NCBI RefSeq assembly: GCF_037126435.1
Contig: NZ_CP147020.1
Span: forward strand, 1,715,293-1,779,292
From: Bernardetia sp. ABR2-2B
GTDB taxonomy: Bacteria > Bacteroidota > Bacteroidia > Cytophagales > Bernardetiaceae
DNA: 64,000 nt
Direction: 5' to 3'
The position numbers and the translations under genes were made by a program. Below, piece by piece: positions 31,459 to 42,083 of the stretch. Positions within the stretch are counted from its first letter, which is position 1. The number at the start of each line of letters is the position of its first letter. The notes beneath the pieces were generated by a model. The model had not been told where the DNA came from. It was given only the letters and a program-made list of their open reading frames with translations, and ran no database searches.

Positions 31459-32304
31459 ATGAAATCAATTACTTTTAGAAATTTAGTTTTGGGGTTTTAC
31501 TTTTGTGTGGGATTTTTGTTGTTAAATATTCTTGATTACACTCTGAGAATTAAAACGATAGATTCATCGGTAATAAGAAATGTTCCTTTCCAAAAAGATT
31601 ATATACCTTTTCTATTTTCACTACCTTTCTTTCTAATACCTTTTTTACTAAGAAAATATTTAATTTTTGGTATTATCTATTTTGGATTGGTGTCTTTAGT
31701 TTGCACATTACTTCAGTCCCAACTCTTTGAATCAGATACAACTTTTAGTCTCATCATCATTTCTACTGTTTTTCTTCTTTTAATTCTGTTTGTAAAACAC
31801 CCTCTATTTTCTAAACAAGAAAACTCAAATAGTAGTGATATTATTTTAGATGACTTAGAAGGAGATAATAAATCTCAAGAAAAAACTAATACATATTTCT
31901 TACGCATTCATAGAGTTTTTTCATTTGCTTTTATTATAATTGGAATCGGTTATCTATTCCTCTCTACTGAAACAAGTGGACATAACTTATTTGATAAACG
32001 TATAAAATTTGTGGAGTTTATAGTTTTAGGTTTAGTTATGTTTTTAATTGCCTTAACACTATGGAAATTCCCTAAAATAATAAGTTGGATTGTGGCTTTA
32101 CTTTTTGTTGGAATGTTTCTCTTTATGTTGATACGTTTCTATGAGTTGTTTGTAATTATTATTACTAGTATACATAATGCTGACCTTACTAGTAGAGAAA
32201 GTTGGGTGCGTATAGTTTCTTTACTATTTTTTGCATTTAGTTTTCTATTTCTAGCTCTAATAATACTTTCAAAAACAGCTAGAGAAGAATGGAAAATGAA
32301 GTAA
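31459..32304 (+). CDS. polytopic membrane protein, tandem paralog 3 of 3
   Basis: Same motifs; C-terminus SKTAREEWKMK. Confidence 0.6.
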   Translation: MKSITFRNLVLGFYFCVGFLLLNILDYTLRIKTIDSSVIRNVPFQKDYIPFLFSLPFFLIPFLLRKYLIFGIIYFGLVSLVCTLLQSQLFESDTTFSLIIISTVFLLLILFVKHPLFSKQENSNSSDIILDDLEGDNKSQEKTNTYFLRIHRVFSFAFIIIGIGYLFLSTETSGHNLFDKRIKFVEFIVLGLVMFLIALTLWKFPKIISWIVALLFVGMFLFMLIRFYELFVIIITSIHNADLTSRESWVRIVSLLFFAFSFLFLALIILSKTAREEWKMK

Positions 32305-32392
32305 TTGAATTCCTACAAAAACAAAAAAAATCCATTTCCCTAAACTAAATTAGAAAAATGGATTTTAAATATATTGTCTAAAGGACTAAAAA

Positions 32393-34234
32393 TTAAGCTT
32401 TTTCAAACTCTACTTTTTTACCTTTTATTTTAGATTTGTTCATTACTCTGATTACGTTATCAACATCAGATTGTGGTACTTCTACAAAAGATTCTTTTTC
32501 ATTTACACGAATAGCACCTATTTTGTCGCCACGCATTCCTGTTTCTCCTGCAATTGCTCCCAAAATATCACCTTTACGTACATTTTCAGTTGCTCCTAAG
32601 TCAATACGCAAACGAATCATAGTACCACGGTCGCCACGGTCTTTGTAAGAAGGACGGCTTCCTCTGTCATTTCTATCACGTCCACCTCTGTCATCACGAC
32701 GGTTACGGCTTCCTCTATCATTACGTCCACCTCTACGGTCATTTCTTCCTCCTCTATTTCTGTCTCTATCTCTTCCACCACGTCCATCTCTTCTTCTGTC
32801 TCTAGTATCCCAGATTTCAGCTTCTGTAAGACGGTCAGTAGGTTTGTTTGATAATTGAAGGCTCAAAACAGCAGCAGCTACTTGTTTTGAAGTGATTCCT
32901 TCAATTTCTAACATTTCGATAAGAGCTGTAAAACCTTCTAATTCTTCAGCTTTTTTCTCATTTCCAATAATTTCTTTCAAGTTTTCCATAAAACGAACTT
33001 GCTTTTTAGCCAAAACTTCGTCTTGTGTAGGAATTGTTCCTTGAGATATTTTAGACTTAGAATAACGTTCGATATCATTCAAACGATATTGTTCTCTACG
33101 ACCAGAAATAAATGTAATCGAAACACCTTTATTTCCTGCACGACCTGTACGACCAATACGGTGAACATAATATTCTGGGTCTAAAGGCACGTCATAATTA
33201 ATAACTGCTTCTACGTTATCTACATCAATTCCACGAGCTGCAACATCTGTCGCTACCAAAATCTGAACACGTCCATGACGGAATTTATTCATTACCAAAT
33301 TACGTTGGTGTTGTGCCAAATCTCCGTGTAGTGCTTCTGCTGCATATCCTTTTTGAATAAGTCTTTCTGCTACTTCGTCGGTTCTCTGTTTTGTATTACA
33401 GAAAATAAGCATTGATTCCCAACCGTTATATGCCAACAAACGAACTAAAACATCAGTTTTGTAATTCGGATTGATTGGTAAGAATGATTGTTCGATATTA
33501 TCACTTGTAAGTTCTTTACTGATTACCTTTACAATTTCTGGATTGTTTTGGTATTTTCTAGCAATTTGAAGGATTGGTTTTGGCATTGTAGCAGAAAACA
33601 AAACTGTTTGGTGTTCTGTCGTAATTTGCTCCAAAATCAATTCAATATCTTCTTTAAAGCCCATATTAAGCATCTCATCAGCTTCATCCAAAATAATGTT
33701 TGTTATTTCTTCTAGCTTCAAAGTTCCTCTTTTGATATGGTCAATCGTACGCCCTGGTGTTCCTACAACGATTTGAACACCTCTTTTTAGATTACGAATC
33801 TGTTTTTCAATAGACTCTCCACCATAAATAGCTGTTACGAAAATATCTTTACGATACTTTGCTAATTTCTCTAATTCTCCTGCTACTTGAACAGCAAGTT
33901 CACGAGTAGGACATAAAATAATTCCTTTTGGTAATCTTGAATTTCTATCAAATTCGCTGTTTTCATTTGCTTTGATGATTCTTTCAATAAGAGGAATACC
34001 AAATGCAGCTGTTTTTCCTGTTCCTGTTTGTGCTTGTCCGATTACATCTCTTCCTTCTAATAAGAAAGGAATTGCTTCTTCTTGAATTGGAGAAGGAGAT
34101 TCAAATCCCATTTTCTCAACTGCCTTTTGCACATCTTCAGAAAGATTCATTTCTGAAAATTTTATTTTCACTTCTGTTTCTTGTACTTCTGTTGCTTTTT
34201 CTGCTGTCTTTGTTTTTTCAATTGTCTTTTCCAT
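32393..34234 (-). CDS. deaD: DEAD-box ATP-dependent RNA helicase (DeaD/CsdA-like) with RD/RGG-rich C-terminal tail
   Basis: Q-motif, AQTGTGKT, DEAD, SAT and HRIGRTGR motifs; a DbpA-like C-terminal RNA-binding domain; (R-D/G)n low-complexity stretch. Confidence 0.9.
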   Translation of the reverse strand: MEKTIEKTKTAEKATEVQETEVKIKFSEMNLSEDVQKAVEKMGFESPSPIQEEAIPFLLEGRDVIGQAQTGTGKTAAFGIPLIERIIKANENSEFDRNSRLPKGIILCPTRELAVQVAGELEKLAKYRKDIFVTAIYGGESIEKQIRNLKRGVQIVVGTPGRTIDHIKRGTLKLEEITNIILDEADEMLNMGFKEDIELILEQITTEHQTVLFSATMPKPILQIARKYQNNPEIVKVISKELTSDNIEQSFLPINPNYKTDVLVRLLAYNGWESMLIFCNTKQRTDEVAERLIQKGYAAEALHGDLAQHQRNLVMNKFRHGRVQILVATDVAARGIDVDNVEAVINYDVPLDPEYYVHRIGRTGRAGNKGVSITFISGRREQYRLNDIERYSKSKISQGTIPTQDEVLAKKQVRFMENLKEIIGNEKKAEELEGFTALIEMLEIEGITSKQVAAAVLSLQLSNKPTDRLTEAEIWDTRDRRRDGRGGRDRDRNRGGRNDRRGGRNDRGSRNRRDDRGGRDRNDRGSRPSYKDRGDRGTMIRLRIDLGATENVRKGDILGAIAGETGMRGDKIGAIRVNEKESFVEVPQSDVDNVIRVMNKSKIKGKKVEFEKA

Positions 34235-34998
34235 ATAGAAAATATATAAATTATATGTGTATGATAAATAATTTTAGAAAGCGACTTAAAAAAACGATAA
34301 GCAGACGGTCAGAGTGTGTACCAATTTAGATAAACAGAATTATTGTAATTAATGAGAAAATAAAAAGCATTCAATAAAAACTACATAGTATGTATGCAGA
34401 ACTTTATTTTGAAATTTATTTTTCTAGATAATTAAACAAATACGGTATTGTATCAAGTGTTGATAAGAGCAAAAATGACGAAACCTAGATGACTTTGAGG
34501 TTTGTGCTAAGTGAGAAGCTTTTGTGGGAGGCGTTGAACGATTTGTTTTGTGATTTGAAATCTAACATATTATTTTAATAATAAAATTAAATTTCACAAC
34601 GCAAGCTAACTCAACAAAGACTTCTTATGTAGTGAACAGAAAAGAGGTACATTATATAAATTCAAAAATTAGAATTTAGAATTCAGAATTAATTCGGAAT
34701 ACTTGATATGTACTTTTAAATCAAAGTTTTCTATATTTCAATAGTTAAGTTTTGACTTTTAATAATTTGATTATAACTTTTATAATCTTTTCATTATCTA
34801 AAACTTAATTAAACGCAATAGCTTAGGCTTTTCCCTATGGCTTTCTTTAACGAGTTGCAAAGATAAGAATTATTTTTTTATTAACCTAATTATTTGAGCT
34901 TATTTCCTATAATTTTGCTTCAATAAAAAAGTTTAATACAGCTATTTTATTTTTCCTAACTTTGTACATTGAAACCAAAAATAATCAGAATAGTAAAT

Positions 34999-36414
34999 AT
35001 GGGAAGAAGAAAACACAAAAACCGAATTATAGAAAATGTTGTCATTCTTGATGCAGGAGCAGAAGGAAAATGTATTGCCAGACCAGAAGAAGCCGATGGA
35101 AGAGTAGTTTTCGTTACAGGCGTAGTACCAAAAGACGTAGTAGATTTACGAGTTACCAAACAAAGAAAAAGTTATTGGGAAGCCACAGTAGTAAAGTTTC
35201 ATTCTTATTCTGATGAACGTGTAGAACCTTTTTGTCAGCATTTCGGAGTTTGTGGAGGCTGTAAATGGCAACATTTGAGCTATGAAAGACAGCTTTTTTA
35301 TAAAGAAAAACAAGTAAAAGATAACTTAGAACGTTTGGCAAAGATAGAATTACCAGAAATAAAGCCTATTCTAGCATCAGAAAACACTACTTTTTATAGA
35401 AATAAATTAGAATTTACGTTTTCTTCTCGTCGTTGGCTAACTAGCGAACAAATAGCAACAGGACAAGATTTTGACAATCGTGCTTTGGGTTTTCATATAC
35501 CGGGGCGTTACGATAAACTCGTTGATTTGAATGAGTGTTATCTACAAGCCGAGCCGTCAAATTCTATTCGTTTGGCAGTCAATAAATATGCTAGAGAACA
35601 CGATTTAGAGTTTTATAATGTAATGGCTTTTGAAGGTCTGTTGAGAAACTTGATGATTCGTAATTCTCAAACAACATCAGATTTGATGGTTATGTTGCAA
35701 GTAACAGCATTCAATGAAGAAGTAGAAAAGTTAATGCAATTTATAAAGACTTCTTTTCCTGAGATTACGTCTTTGCAATATGTTGTAAACACAAAAAGAA
35801 ATGATACTTTCCAAGACTTGGAGATTGTTTGTTTTGCAGGGAAAGATTATATTACTGAAACGATGGAAGGCTTAGAATTCAGAATTCAAGCTAAATCATT
35901 CTATCAAACTAACTCTATTCAAGCCTATAATTTATATAAAATTACTAGAGATTTTGCACAGCTTACAGGCGAAGAAGTCGTTTATGACCTTTATACAGGA
36001 ACAGGAACAATAGCAAACTTTGTAGCAAAACAAGCCAAACAAGTAATTGGAGTAGAATATATCGAACCAGCCATTGAAGATGCAAAAATCAATTCTAAAT
36101 TAAATGGAATTGATAATACACTTTTTTATGCAGGTGACATGAAAGATGTTTTGAATGAGGAATTTTTAGAAAAACACGCCCGTCCAGATGTTATTTTGAC
36201 CGACCCACCAAGAGCAGGAATGCACCCAGATGTAATTGCTATGCTTTTGAGAATTGGTGCAAAACGCATTGTTTATGTGAGTTGTAACCCAGCTACACAA
36301 GCACGAGATTTACAACTTTTGGATGAAAAATATAGCGTAAAAGCTATTCAACCTGTTGATATGTTTCCACAAACGCATCATGTAGAAAACGTGGTTTTGT
36401 TGGAGTTGAAATAA
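34999..36414 (+). CDS. rlmD: 23S rRNA (uracil-5-)-methyltransferase RlmD/RumA family
   Basis: TRAM domain, 4Fe-4S Cys cluster FCQHFGVCGGCKWQH, SAM-dependent MTase motifs (DLYTGTGT, DPPRAG). Start moved to the ATG (MGRRKHK) from the upstream TTG. Confidence 0.8.
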   Translation: MGRRKHKNRIIENVVILDAGAEGKCIARPEEADGRVVFVTGVVPKDVVDLRVTKQRKSYWEATVVKFHSYSDERVEPFCQHFGVCGGCKWQHLSYERQLFYKEKQVKDNLERLAKIELPEIKPILASENTTFYRNKLEFTFSSRRWLTSEQIATGQDFDNRALGFHIPGRYDKLVDLNECYLQAEPSNSIRLAVNKYAREHDLEFYNVMAFEGLLRNLMIRNSQTTSDLMVMLQVTAFNEEVEKLMQFIKTSFPEITSLQYVVNTKRNDTFQDLEIVCFAGKDYITETMEGLEFRIQAKSFYQTNSIQAYNLYKITRDFAQLTGEEVVYDLYTGTGTIANFVAKQAKQVIGVEYIEPAIEDAKINSKLNGIDNTLFYAGDMKDVLNEEFLEKHARPDVILTDPPRAGMHPDVIAMLLRIGAKRIVYVSCNPATQARDLQLLDEKYSVKAIQPVDMFPQTHHVENVVLLELK

Positions 36415-36494
36415 ATAATAGTATTCTCAATAAACTCAAACTATTGATAATTTATCAGATAAGTTTGTCAAAGTTTGAGTTTATATTCTAGTTG

Positions 36495-37091
36495 TTACCT
36501 TTTCCTACTCATCTCAAAGTCCAATAATTTTTTCACGCCCTGCCATTCAATATTTATAATCGAAAAAACAACTGTATCTCTAAGTATCCCATTTGAATCA
36601 ATTTGATGATTTCTTAAAACACCATCTTGTTTTGCTCCTAACCTTAAAATAGCTTTTCTTGATGCTTGGTTATACCAACTTGTTCGAAACTCCACAGCAA
36701 TACATTTTAATTTTTCAAAAGCATATTGCAACAATAAATATTTACATTCAGTATTGACTCCTGTTCGTTGATAGCTTTTCGAATACCATGTATAACCAAT
36801 TTCTACCCTTTTATTTGATTCTACAACATTACAAAAACGAGTAGAACCGATAATTTTATTTGTTTTTTTATCAATAATCGCAAAAGGTAAAGCTCTATTG
36901 GCTTCTTGTTCTGAAAAAGCAAAATCTAAATAATCATCAATTTTTTCTTGAGAAGGAACAGAAGTAAACCACAAATTCCATAACTCGCCATCTGATGCAG
37001 CTTCTAAAAGCTCATTTTTATGAGAACTAGACAAAGAAATTAATTTTACTAAATTTCCTTCTAAAGTAACAGGAGAAAGCCATTTTTTCAT
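36495..37091 (-). CDS. GNAT family N-acetyltransferase (RimJ/RimL-like)
   Basis: Acetyltransf_3-like layout with QRTGVNTECKYLLLQYAFEKL. Confidence 0.7.
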   Translation of the reverse strand: MKKWLSPVTLEGNLVKLISLSSSHKNELLEAASDGELWNLWFTSVPSQEKIDDYLDFAFSEQEANRALPFAIIDKKTNKIIGSTRFCNVVESNKRVEIGYTWYSKSYQRTGVNTECKYLLLQYAFEKLKCIAVEFRTSWYNQASRKAILRLGAKQDGVLRNHQIDSNGILRDTVVFSIINIEWQGVKKLLDFEMSRKR

Positions 37092-37176
37092 AAGAATTGA
37101 TTTTTGATGAAATTTCAGATAGATAATGAGTATTTTTACTTTCTAAAGTAAAACGAAACATAAGATAAAAACAAAA

Positions 37177-37860
37177 ATGCTCGCTCTCCAAACTCAAAAT
37201 CTCAATAAAATATTCAATAAAGGAAAAAGTAATGAATTTGTTGCTTTATCTGATATTTCTTTGTCTATAAAAAAAGGAAGTTGTACACTTTTGAAAGGCT
37301 CATCAGGTTCTGGAAAAACTACGCTGATTAGTATTTTGGCAGGACTTACAAAGCCTACTTCTGGGAGTTATATCTGTTTGGAGGAAAATGTTTCGCACTG
37401 GTCAGAGAAATTTTTGACACAGTTTAGGCGAGAACATATAGGCATTGTTTTTCAGCATTTTAATCTTATTCAAGGACTTACTGTTGAGCAAAATATCATT
37501 CTTCCTCTTCTTCCTCTTAATTATTCTTCCAAAAAAATGGATTTTATGAGTCAAGAAGCTGCGACTTTAGCTCAAATTTCTCATAAATTAAATCAAAAAA
37601 TAGATATTCTTTCAGGTGGAGAACTCCAACGCACAGCCATTGCAAGGGCATTAATCCGAAAACCTGCTATTCTTTTTGCTGACGAACCTACTTCACATTT
37701 AGACAGGAAAAATGCCATAGAGGTTTTTGAAGTTTTTGAAAAACTAAAAACAAACGGACAAACAATAATCCTTACTACACACGACGAATGGCTCAAAAAC
37801 CATCCAATTATTGATAATGTAATTGAGCTAAATGATGGGGAATTAGTGATTAGTGATTAG
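37177..37860 (+). CDS. ABC transporter ATP-binding protein (no adjacent permease)
   Basis: Walker A GSSGSGKTT, signature LSGGELQRTAIARAL, Walker B ILFADEPTSHLD, H-loop TTHD. The last codons and the stop lie inside the heptamer array. Confidence 0.85.
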   Translation: MLALQTQNLNKIFNKGKSNEFVALSDISLSIKKGSCTLLKGSSGSGKTTLISILAGLTKPTSGSYICLEENVSHWSEKFLTQFRREHIGIVFQHFNLIQGLTVEQNIILPLLPLNYSSKKMDFMSQEAATLAQISHKLNQKIDILSGGELQRTAIARALIRKPAILFADEPTSHLDRKNAIEVFEVFEKLKTNGQTIILTTHDEWLKNHPIIDNVIELNDGELVISD

Positions 37861-37996
37861 TGATTAGTGATTAGTGATTAGTGATTAGTGATTAGTGATT
37901 AGTGATTAGTGATTAGTGATTAGTGATTAGTGATTAGTGATTAGTGATTAGTGATTAGTGATTAGTGATTAGTGATTAGTGATTAGTGATTAGTGA
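37843..37996. repeat. tandem heptanucleotide array (GATTAGT)n, about 22 copies
   Basis: Perfect 7-bp periodicity, visible directly; starts inside the last codons of the upstream ABC ATPase gene. Confidence 0.95.
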
Positions 37997-38068
37997 AAAA
38001 TTCTCTTTTCAAATTATTGTTTCATTTTTTGCGAAAAAATTCCGTAATCCGTAATCTTTAATTCGTAA

Positions 38069-38605
38069 TTAATTCTCTGGTTTTCTCTTCATCATAAAAA
38101 GAGCTGCCACTATCGAAACTACAAATCCTATAACTCCCATCTTTACGAATTTATCGACAGCCATTCCAGCAGGTGTTATTCTATCATTATTTTTTGTGGC
38201 TTCTAAAAGAACACTACTTAATTCTTCTGATTCTTCTAAATGAGCCTCTGCACCTTCTTTCAAAGCTTTACTGTATGCATCTACTTCAATTTGATGTTTT
38301 TCTAAAGCCTCTGGAACGGTTCTTAAAAAGCCATATAAAAGCCCACAATACAAAATAATAGCTACAAAATTAGCCAAAAGACCGAAACTGATTGCTCTCC
38401 AACCTTCCAAATAACCATTCAAAACTTTTCTTCTATAATTAAAAAGTCCCCACACTAAAAGTCCAAAATAAATTGGCATAAACATAAACTCATACTCTCT
38501 AAACGGATTTTTTCCAAGTGCATGAAACGTAACATTGAGCAAAAGAACACCAACAGCCATTGTTGCAGCCGTCATAAAGGCATATTTCCAAAAAGGATTT
38601 TTCAT
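38069..38605 (-). CDS. membrane protein (DUF4199-like)
   Basis: Four predicted TM helices and an acidic amphipathic C-terminal half. Confidence 0.45.
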   Translation of the reverse strand: MKNPFWKYAFMTAATMAVGVLLLNVTFHALGKNPFREYEFMFMPIYFGLLVWGLFNYRRKVLNGYLEGWRAISFGLLANFVAIILYCGLLYGFLRTVPEALEKHQIEVDAYSKALKEGAEAHLEESEELSSVLLEATKNNDRITPAGMAVDKFVKMGVIGFVVSIVAALFMMKRKPEN

Positions 38606-38789
38606 TTTTTATATAAATACGGATGATAGATTCTGATATAAGTTGCAAAAATACATATCCTTTTATTGGTTTCCTTATTTGAAACCGTATTTTTTATTAA
38701 AAATGAGATTTTATAGAATTTTGAAAATGCACAAAGATTTCATTATTTTACTAAAAATTTCCTTTTAAATCAATAAATACAAAAACACT

Positions 38790-39773
38790 ATGAGTGATAT
38801 TTTATATGATGAAGTACCGTCAGTAGATTTGGCAGACTTTAGAGCAGGTGGAGAGCGCAAAGCAAAATTTGTTCAAGAACTCGGTAAAGCGTGGGAAAAT
38901 ATCGGTTTTGTTGCCGTCAAAAATCACGGTTTGGCAGATGAAAACAGAGATAAGTTGTACAGTTCGGTACAAGATTTTTTCCAGTTAGACGAAGATACCA
39001 AACGCAAATACGAAAACTTGGCTTTGGCTGGTCAGCGTGGTTATATCAGCAAAGGAAGAGAAACAGCAAAGGGTTTCAAAACACCAGATTTGAAAGAGTT
39101 TTATCACGTCGGACAAATCTTTGAAGAAAAAGAAAAGGAAACCGATTCAGCCTTAAATGAATATCCAGATAATATTTTCCCAAAAGAAACGCCTGAGTTT
39201 GAAAAATATACAACTCACGCTTATCAAACATTAGAAAATTCGGGTAAAGAACTTTTACAAGCTGCTGCTTTGTATTTGGGCTTAGAAGAACATTATTTTG
39301 ATAATAAAATTCATAATGGAAATAGTATTTTGAGAGCTATCCATTATTTCCCAATTCCAAATCCAGAAGAATTAGCTCCTGATGCTGTTCGTGCTGCTGC
39401 ACATGGCGACATCAATTTGATTACGCTTTTGATGGGTGCAAGTGCTGACGGTTTGCAGGTTTTGCGTCGTGATGACAAATGGATTCCGATTACTGCGCTT
39501 CCTGAGCAAGTAGTTGTAAATGTTGGCGATATGCTGTCTCGTCTGACAAACAACAAACTCAAATCTACAATTCACAGAGTGGTTAATCCTCCAAAAGACA
39601 AAATGAATACGTCTCGTTATTCAATTCCATTTTTTATGCACCCACGTTCGGAAATGGATTTGAGTTGTTTGGAAAACTGTACGGATGCTCAAAACCCAAA
39701 ACAATTTGAAGACATCACAGCAGGAGAGTTTTTGAATGAGCGTTTGATAGAATTAGGTTTGAAAAAAGCGTAA
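38790..39773 (+). CDS. 2OG-Fe(II) oxygenase superfamily protein (isopenicillin N synthase-like)
   Basis: HxD...H facial triad (HGDINLITLL ... STIHRV), 327 aa. Confidence 0.8.
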   Translation: MSDILYDEVPSVDLADFRAGGERKAKFVQELGKAWENIGFVAVKNHGLADENRDKLYSSVQDFFQLDEDTKRKYENLALAGQRGYISKGRETAKGFKTPDLKEFYHVGQIFEEKEKETDSALNEYPDNIFPKETPEFEKYTTHAYQTLENSGKELLQAAALYLGLEEHYFDNKIHNGNSILRAIHYFPIPNPEELAPDAVRAAAHGDINLITLLMGASADGLQVLRRDDKWIPITALPEQVVVNVGDMLSRLTNNKLKSTIHRVVNPPKDKMNTSRYSIPFFMHPRSEMDLSCLENCTDAQNPKQFEDITAGEFLNERLIELGLKKA

Positions 39774-39996
39774 TTTTTGAATTGTAAATTGTGAGTGATA
39801 AATGGTAAATGAAATGCATAACATAAAATTTCATTTGCCATTTATTACAAGTTTTGTTAGAAAAGAAACTTTGTGAAAATAATTGAATGCTGTTGTGTTT
39901 ATTAATAAGTTAGCAGTAATTTTAAGAAAACGAAGAGCAAAAATGGTTTTCAAAACAGATATTTTTTCAACAAGCCATATTATTTTGTGCACAATT

Positions 39997-40557
39997 ATGA
40001 AAATCATCCTAGCACTAATACTAATTTTGATTTATACGACAGAATTATATTCGCAAAATCTACTTGAAGTTGCATTAGATAACGAGTCAGTAATTGTCTA
40101 TGACCAACCAGCTAAACCTATACTTCGACTTCCCCTTCTTTACGAAAAAAAGCTTTTTATTGGAGAAAGTAAATCTGACTCTTTAAATATCCGAGAGTTA
40201 ATGTCAAAAATAGATACTTTAAAAATTGATTATGAAAATTGGACGAAGCAAGATATTGGAAATAAAATTCTTGTTTCTAAAAACAAAAAAATTGATTTAA
40301 AACAAGAGATTCTAAAAGTATCTGATAAGACGAAAGAAGAACAGAAAAAGTTAAAAAAAGAAATAAGAGGTTTCAACAATAACCAAGGTGGATGGAAAAA
40401 CTATCCTCTGTACGTTTCAAAACCAATTTTTACGAATGACAAAAAGTTAGCATTAATAACGATAATCAGAGGTAATTCTAGTGGAAGTACAGTTTTATAT
40501 AAGTTTGATGACGGAAAATGGAGTCACTATAAATATTTAAGTAAGTGGTATTATTAA
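39997..40557 (+). CDS. hypothetical secreted protein
   Basis: The internal ATG gives a signal peptide MKIILALILILIY..YSQ; the upstream TTG extension looks non-coding. Confidence 0.4.
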   Translation: MKIILALILILIYTTELYSQNLLEVALDNESVIVYDQPAKPILRLPLLYEKKLFIGESKSDSLNIRELMSKIDTLKIDYENWTKQDIGNKILVSKNKKIDLKQEILKVSDKTKEEQKKLKKEIRGFNNNQGGWKNYPLYVSKPIFTNDKKLALITIIRGNSSGSTVLYKFDDGKWSHYKYLSKWYY

Positions 40558-40596
40558 AAACGATTTTCCTACTATCAATCGTAAAACCACAGGCTA

Positions 40597-40660
40597 TCAC
40601 TCGTTTTTAATGAGTGACTTATATGTATTCGGCTTGTAGCCGTGGTTTTTGTATCTTTTA
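40597..40660 (+). terminator. nested hairpins with U-run (intrinsic terminator)
   Basis: tcactcGTTTTTAATgagtga, then cggctTGTagccg followed by tggtttttgtatctttt. Confidence 0.55.
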
Positions 40661-40714
40661 TTCAAGTAGTCTTTTTTCCTATCAGATAAATAAAACTTCT
40701 CAAAGCAAATATAG

Positions 40715-41131
40715 ATGAACACGAAATTCACAATAGAGAAAAATCAAATTGAAGTTGATGTCAAAGCAACTCGTGAATTTTATCTAACCCAAAATAAAAT
40801 TCCGAAAGACTGCAAATGTGAAGATTGTGAATACTTCTATAATGAATTTACTAATTTATCATCAAAAACTCTTGAACAACTAAAATCATTTGGAGTCGAC
40901 TTAGGCAAAAACTTAACAAGCGAACCAACTGGTGTTTGGTGTGTAAGAGATGATAGAGGGGAAGTAATTCATATATTTCAAGTGTATCAAATAAGTGGAA
41001 AGCTGCTTGAAACAAATGAAAAGGAATTTGAATATTCAAACATAGAAAATGGATTGAAAATGAATATCAAATTTCTGCAATCATCACTTGACAAGATTGA
41101 TATTGAATTGACTGTTGATGAGATAAGATGA
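40715..41131 (+). CDS. hypothetical protein
   Basis: 138-aa ORF with an ATG start. Confidence 0.45.
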   Translation: MNTKFTIEKNQIEVDVKATREFYLTQNKIPKDCKCEDCEYFYNEFTNLSSKTLEQLKSFGVDLGKNLTSEPTGVWCVRDDRGEVIHIFQVYQISGKLLETNEKEFEYSNIENGLKMNIKFLQSSLDKIDIELTVDEIR

Positions 41132-41341
41132 AAGTGTTTTTTTTAACAACAAAGCATCTTTGCCGAGAAATTAAACATAACTCAATAAAAAAAGGAATTT
41201 GATTTTACTCAAATTCCTTTTTTGCTTTAACAAGAAATACTACGCACTAGGAAAAGGCAAACCATTTTCTCTACAAAAAGATGTATTCGTCGTTCTCCTT
41301 TATCTCTTTAAACTCTGTGGTTCAAAAGTATTTGTAGTTCC

Positions 41342-41983
41342 TTATTTGCGTTGAAACAAAAACTTCACAAAATCAAAAGCTGAATCGGCTAAATTTCTAC
41401 CAATCAAATCCATTGCAAAATTGACTGTTTTTTCTACGGCTGCATCAGTTCTTTCAAAGTTTTTGCTATCGTCTCTTACCCAAAAGCGAATCAGAAATTC
41501 AGTTTCTGCCCATAGTAATTTATCATATTTACTTCCTACAAACATACGTTGTTCTACTTCGCCAGTATCCATTCCTTCTTCCAAAAGAACATTTATATAT
41601 TCATAAAAGCCGTTTTTGAAGTCCGATAATACTTTTCTTCTAAAACCTCCATTTCTTGCACTGAGTTCGTTGGTTACAAAACTGCGATTTTCCTTTAATA
41701 CTTCTATTAACGTAAAATAAAAGGCAAGTAACTTTTCACGCACCATATATTCTGCATAAACAGACTCAGAACGCAAACGCTGAACAGTTTCAGTCAAATA
41801 TTCTCCCCAAATCTCTTGTTCTATATTATTAAAGCTTGAATAATTATCATAAAAATATTTCTCATCTTCTCCTAGCTCTGCCATTAGGTTATAAGGCGTG
41901 GCTGGAGCTTTTCCATGCTGTCTTATATATTGAATGAATATGTTTTTGATTTGCTGCTTTGCTGATGTGGTTGTATTGTCCAT
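41342..41983 (-). CDS. TetR/AcrR family transcriptional regulator
   Basis: N-terminal HTH pattern IKNIFIQYIRQHGKAPATPYNLMAELGEDEKYFYDNYSS. Confidence 0.5.
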   Translation of the reverse strand: MDNTTTSAKQQIKNIFIQYIRQHGKAPATPYNLMAELGEDEKYFYDNYSSFNNIEQEIWGEYLTETVQRLRSESVYAEYMVREKLLAFYFTLIEVLKENRSFVTNELSARNGGFRRKVLSDFKNGFYEYINVLLEEGMDTGEVEQRMFVGSKYDKLLWAETEFLIRFWVRDDSKNFERTDAAVEKTVNFAMDLIGRNLADSAFDFVKFLFQRK

Positions 41984-42083
41984 TTATGTATAAACTGTTT
42001 TTTGATTTAATTTTAATTCTAATGTAATCTAAACGAACATTGTCATAGAATGGTTTTGATATTTTTTTGTTCTTGTTATTCAA

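Noticed and set aside
37843-37996. Possible CRISPR array
   Set aside because: The 7-bp units are contiguous with no spacers; it is a microsatellite, not CRISPR
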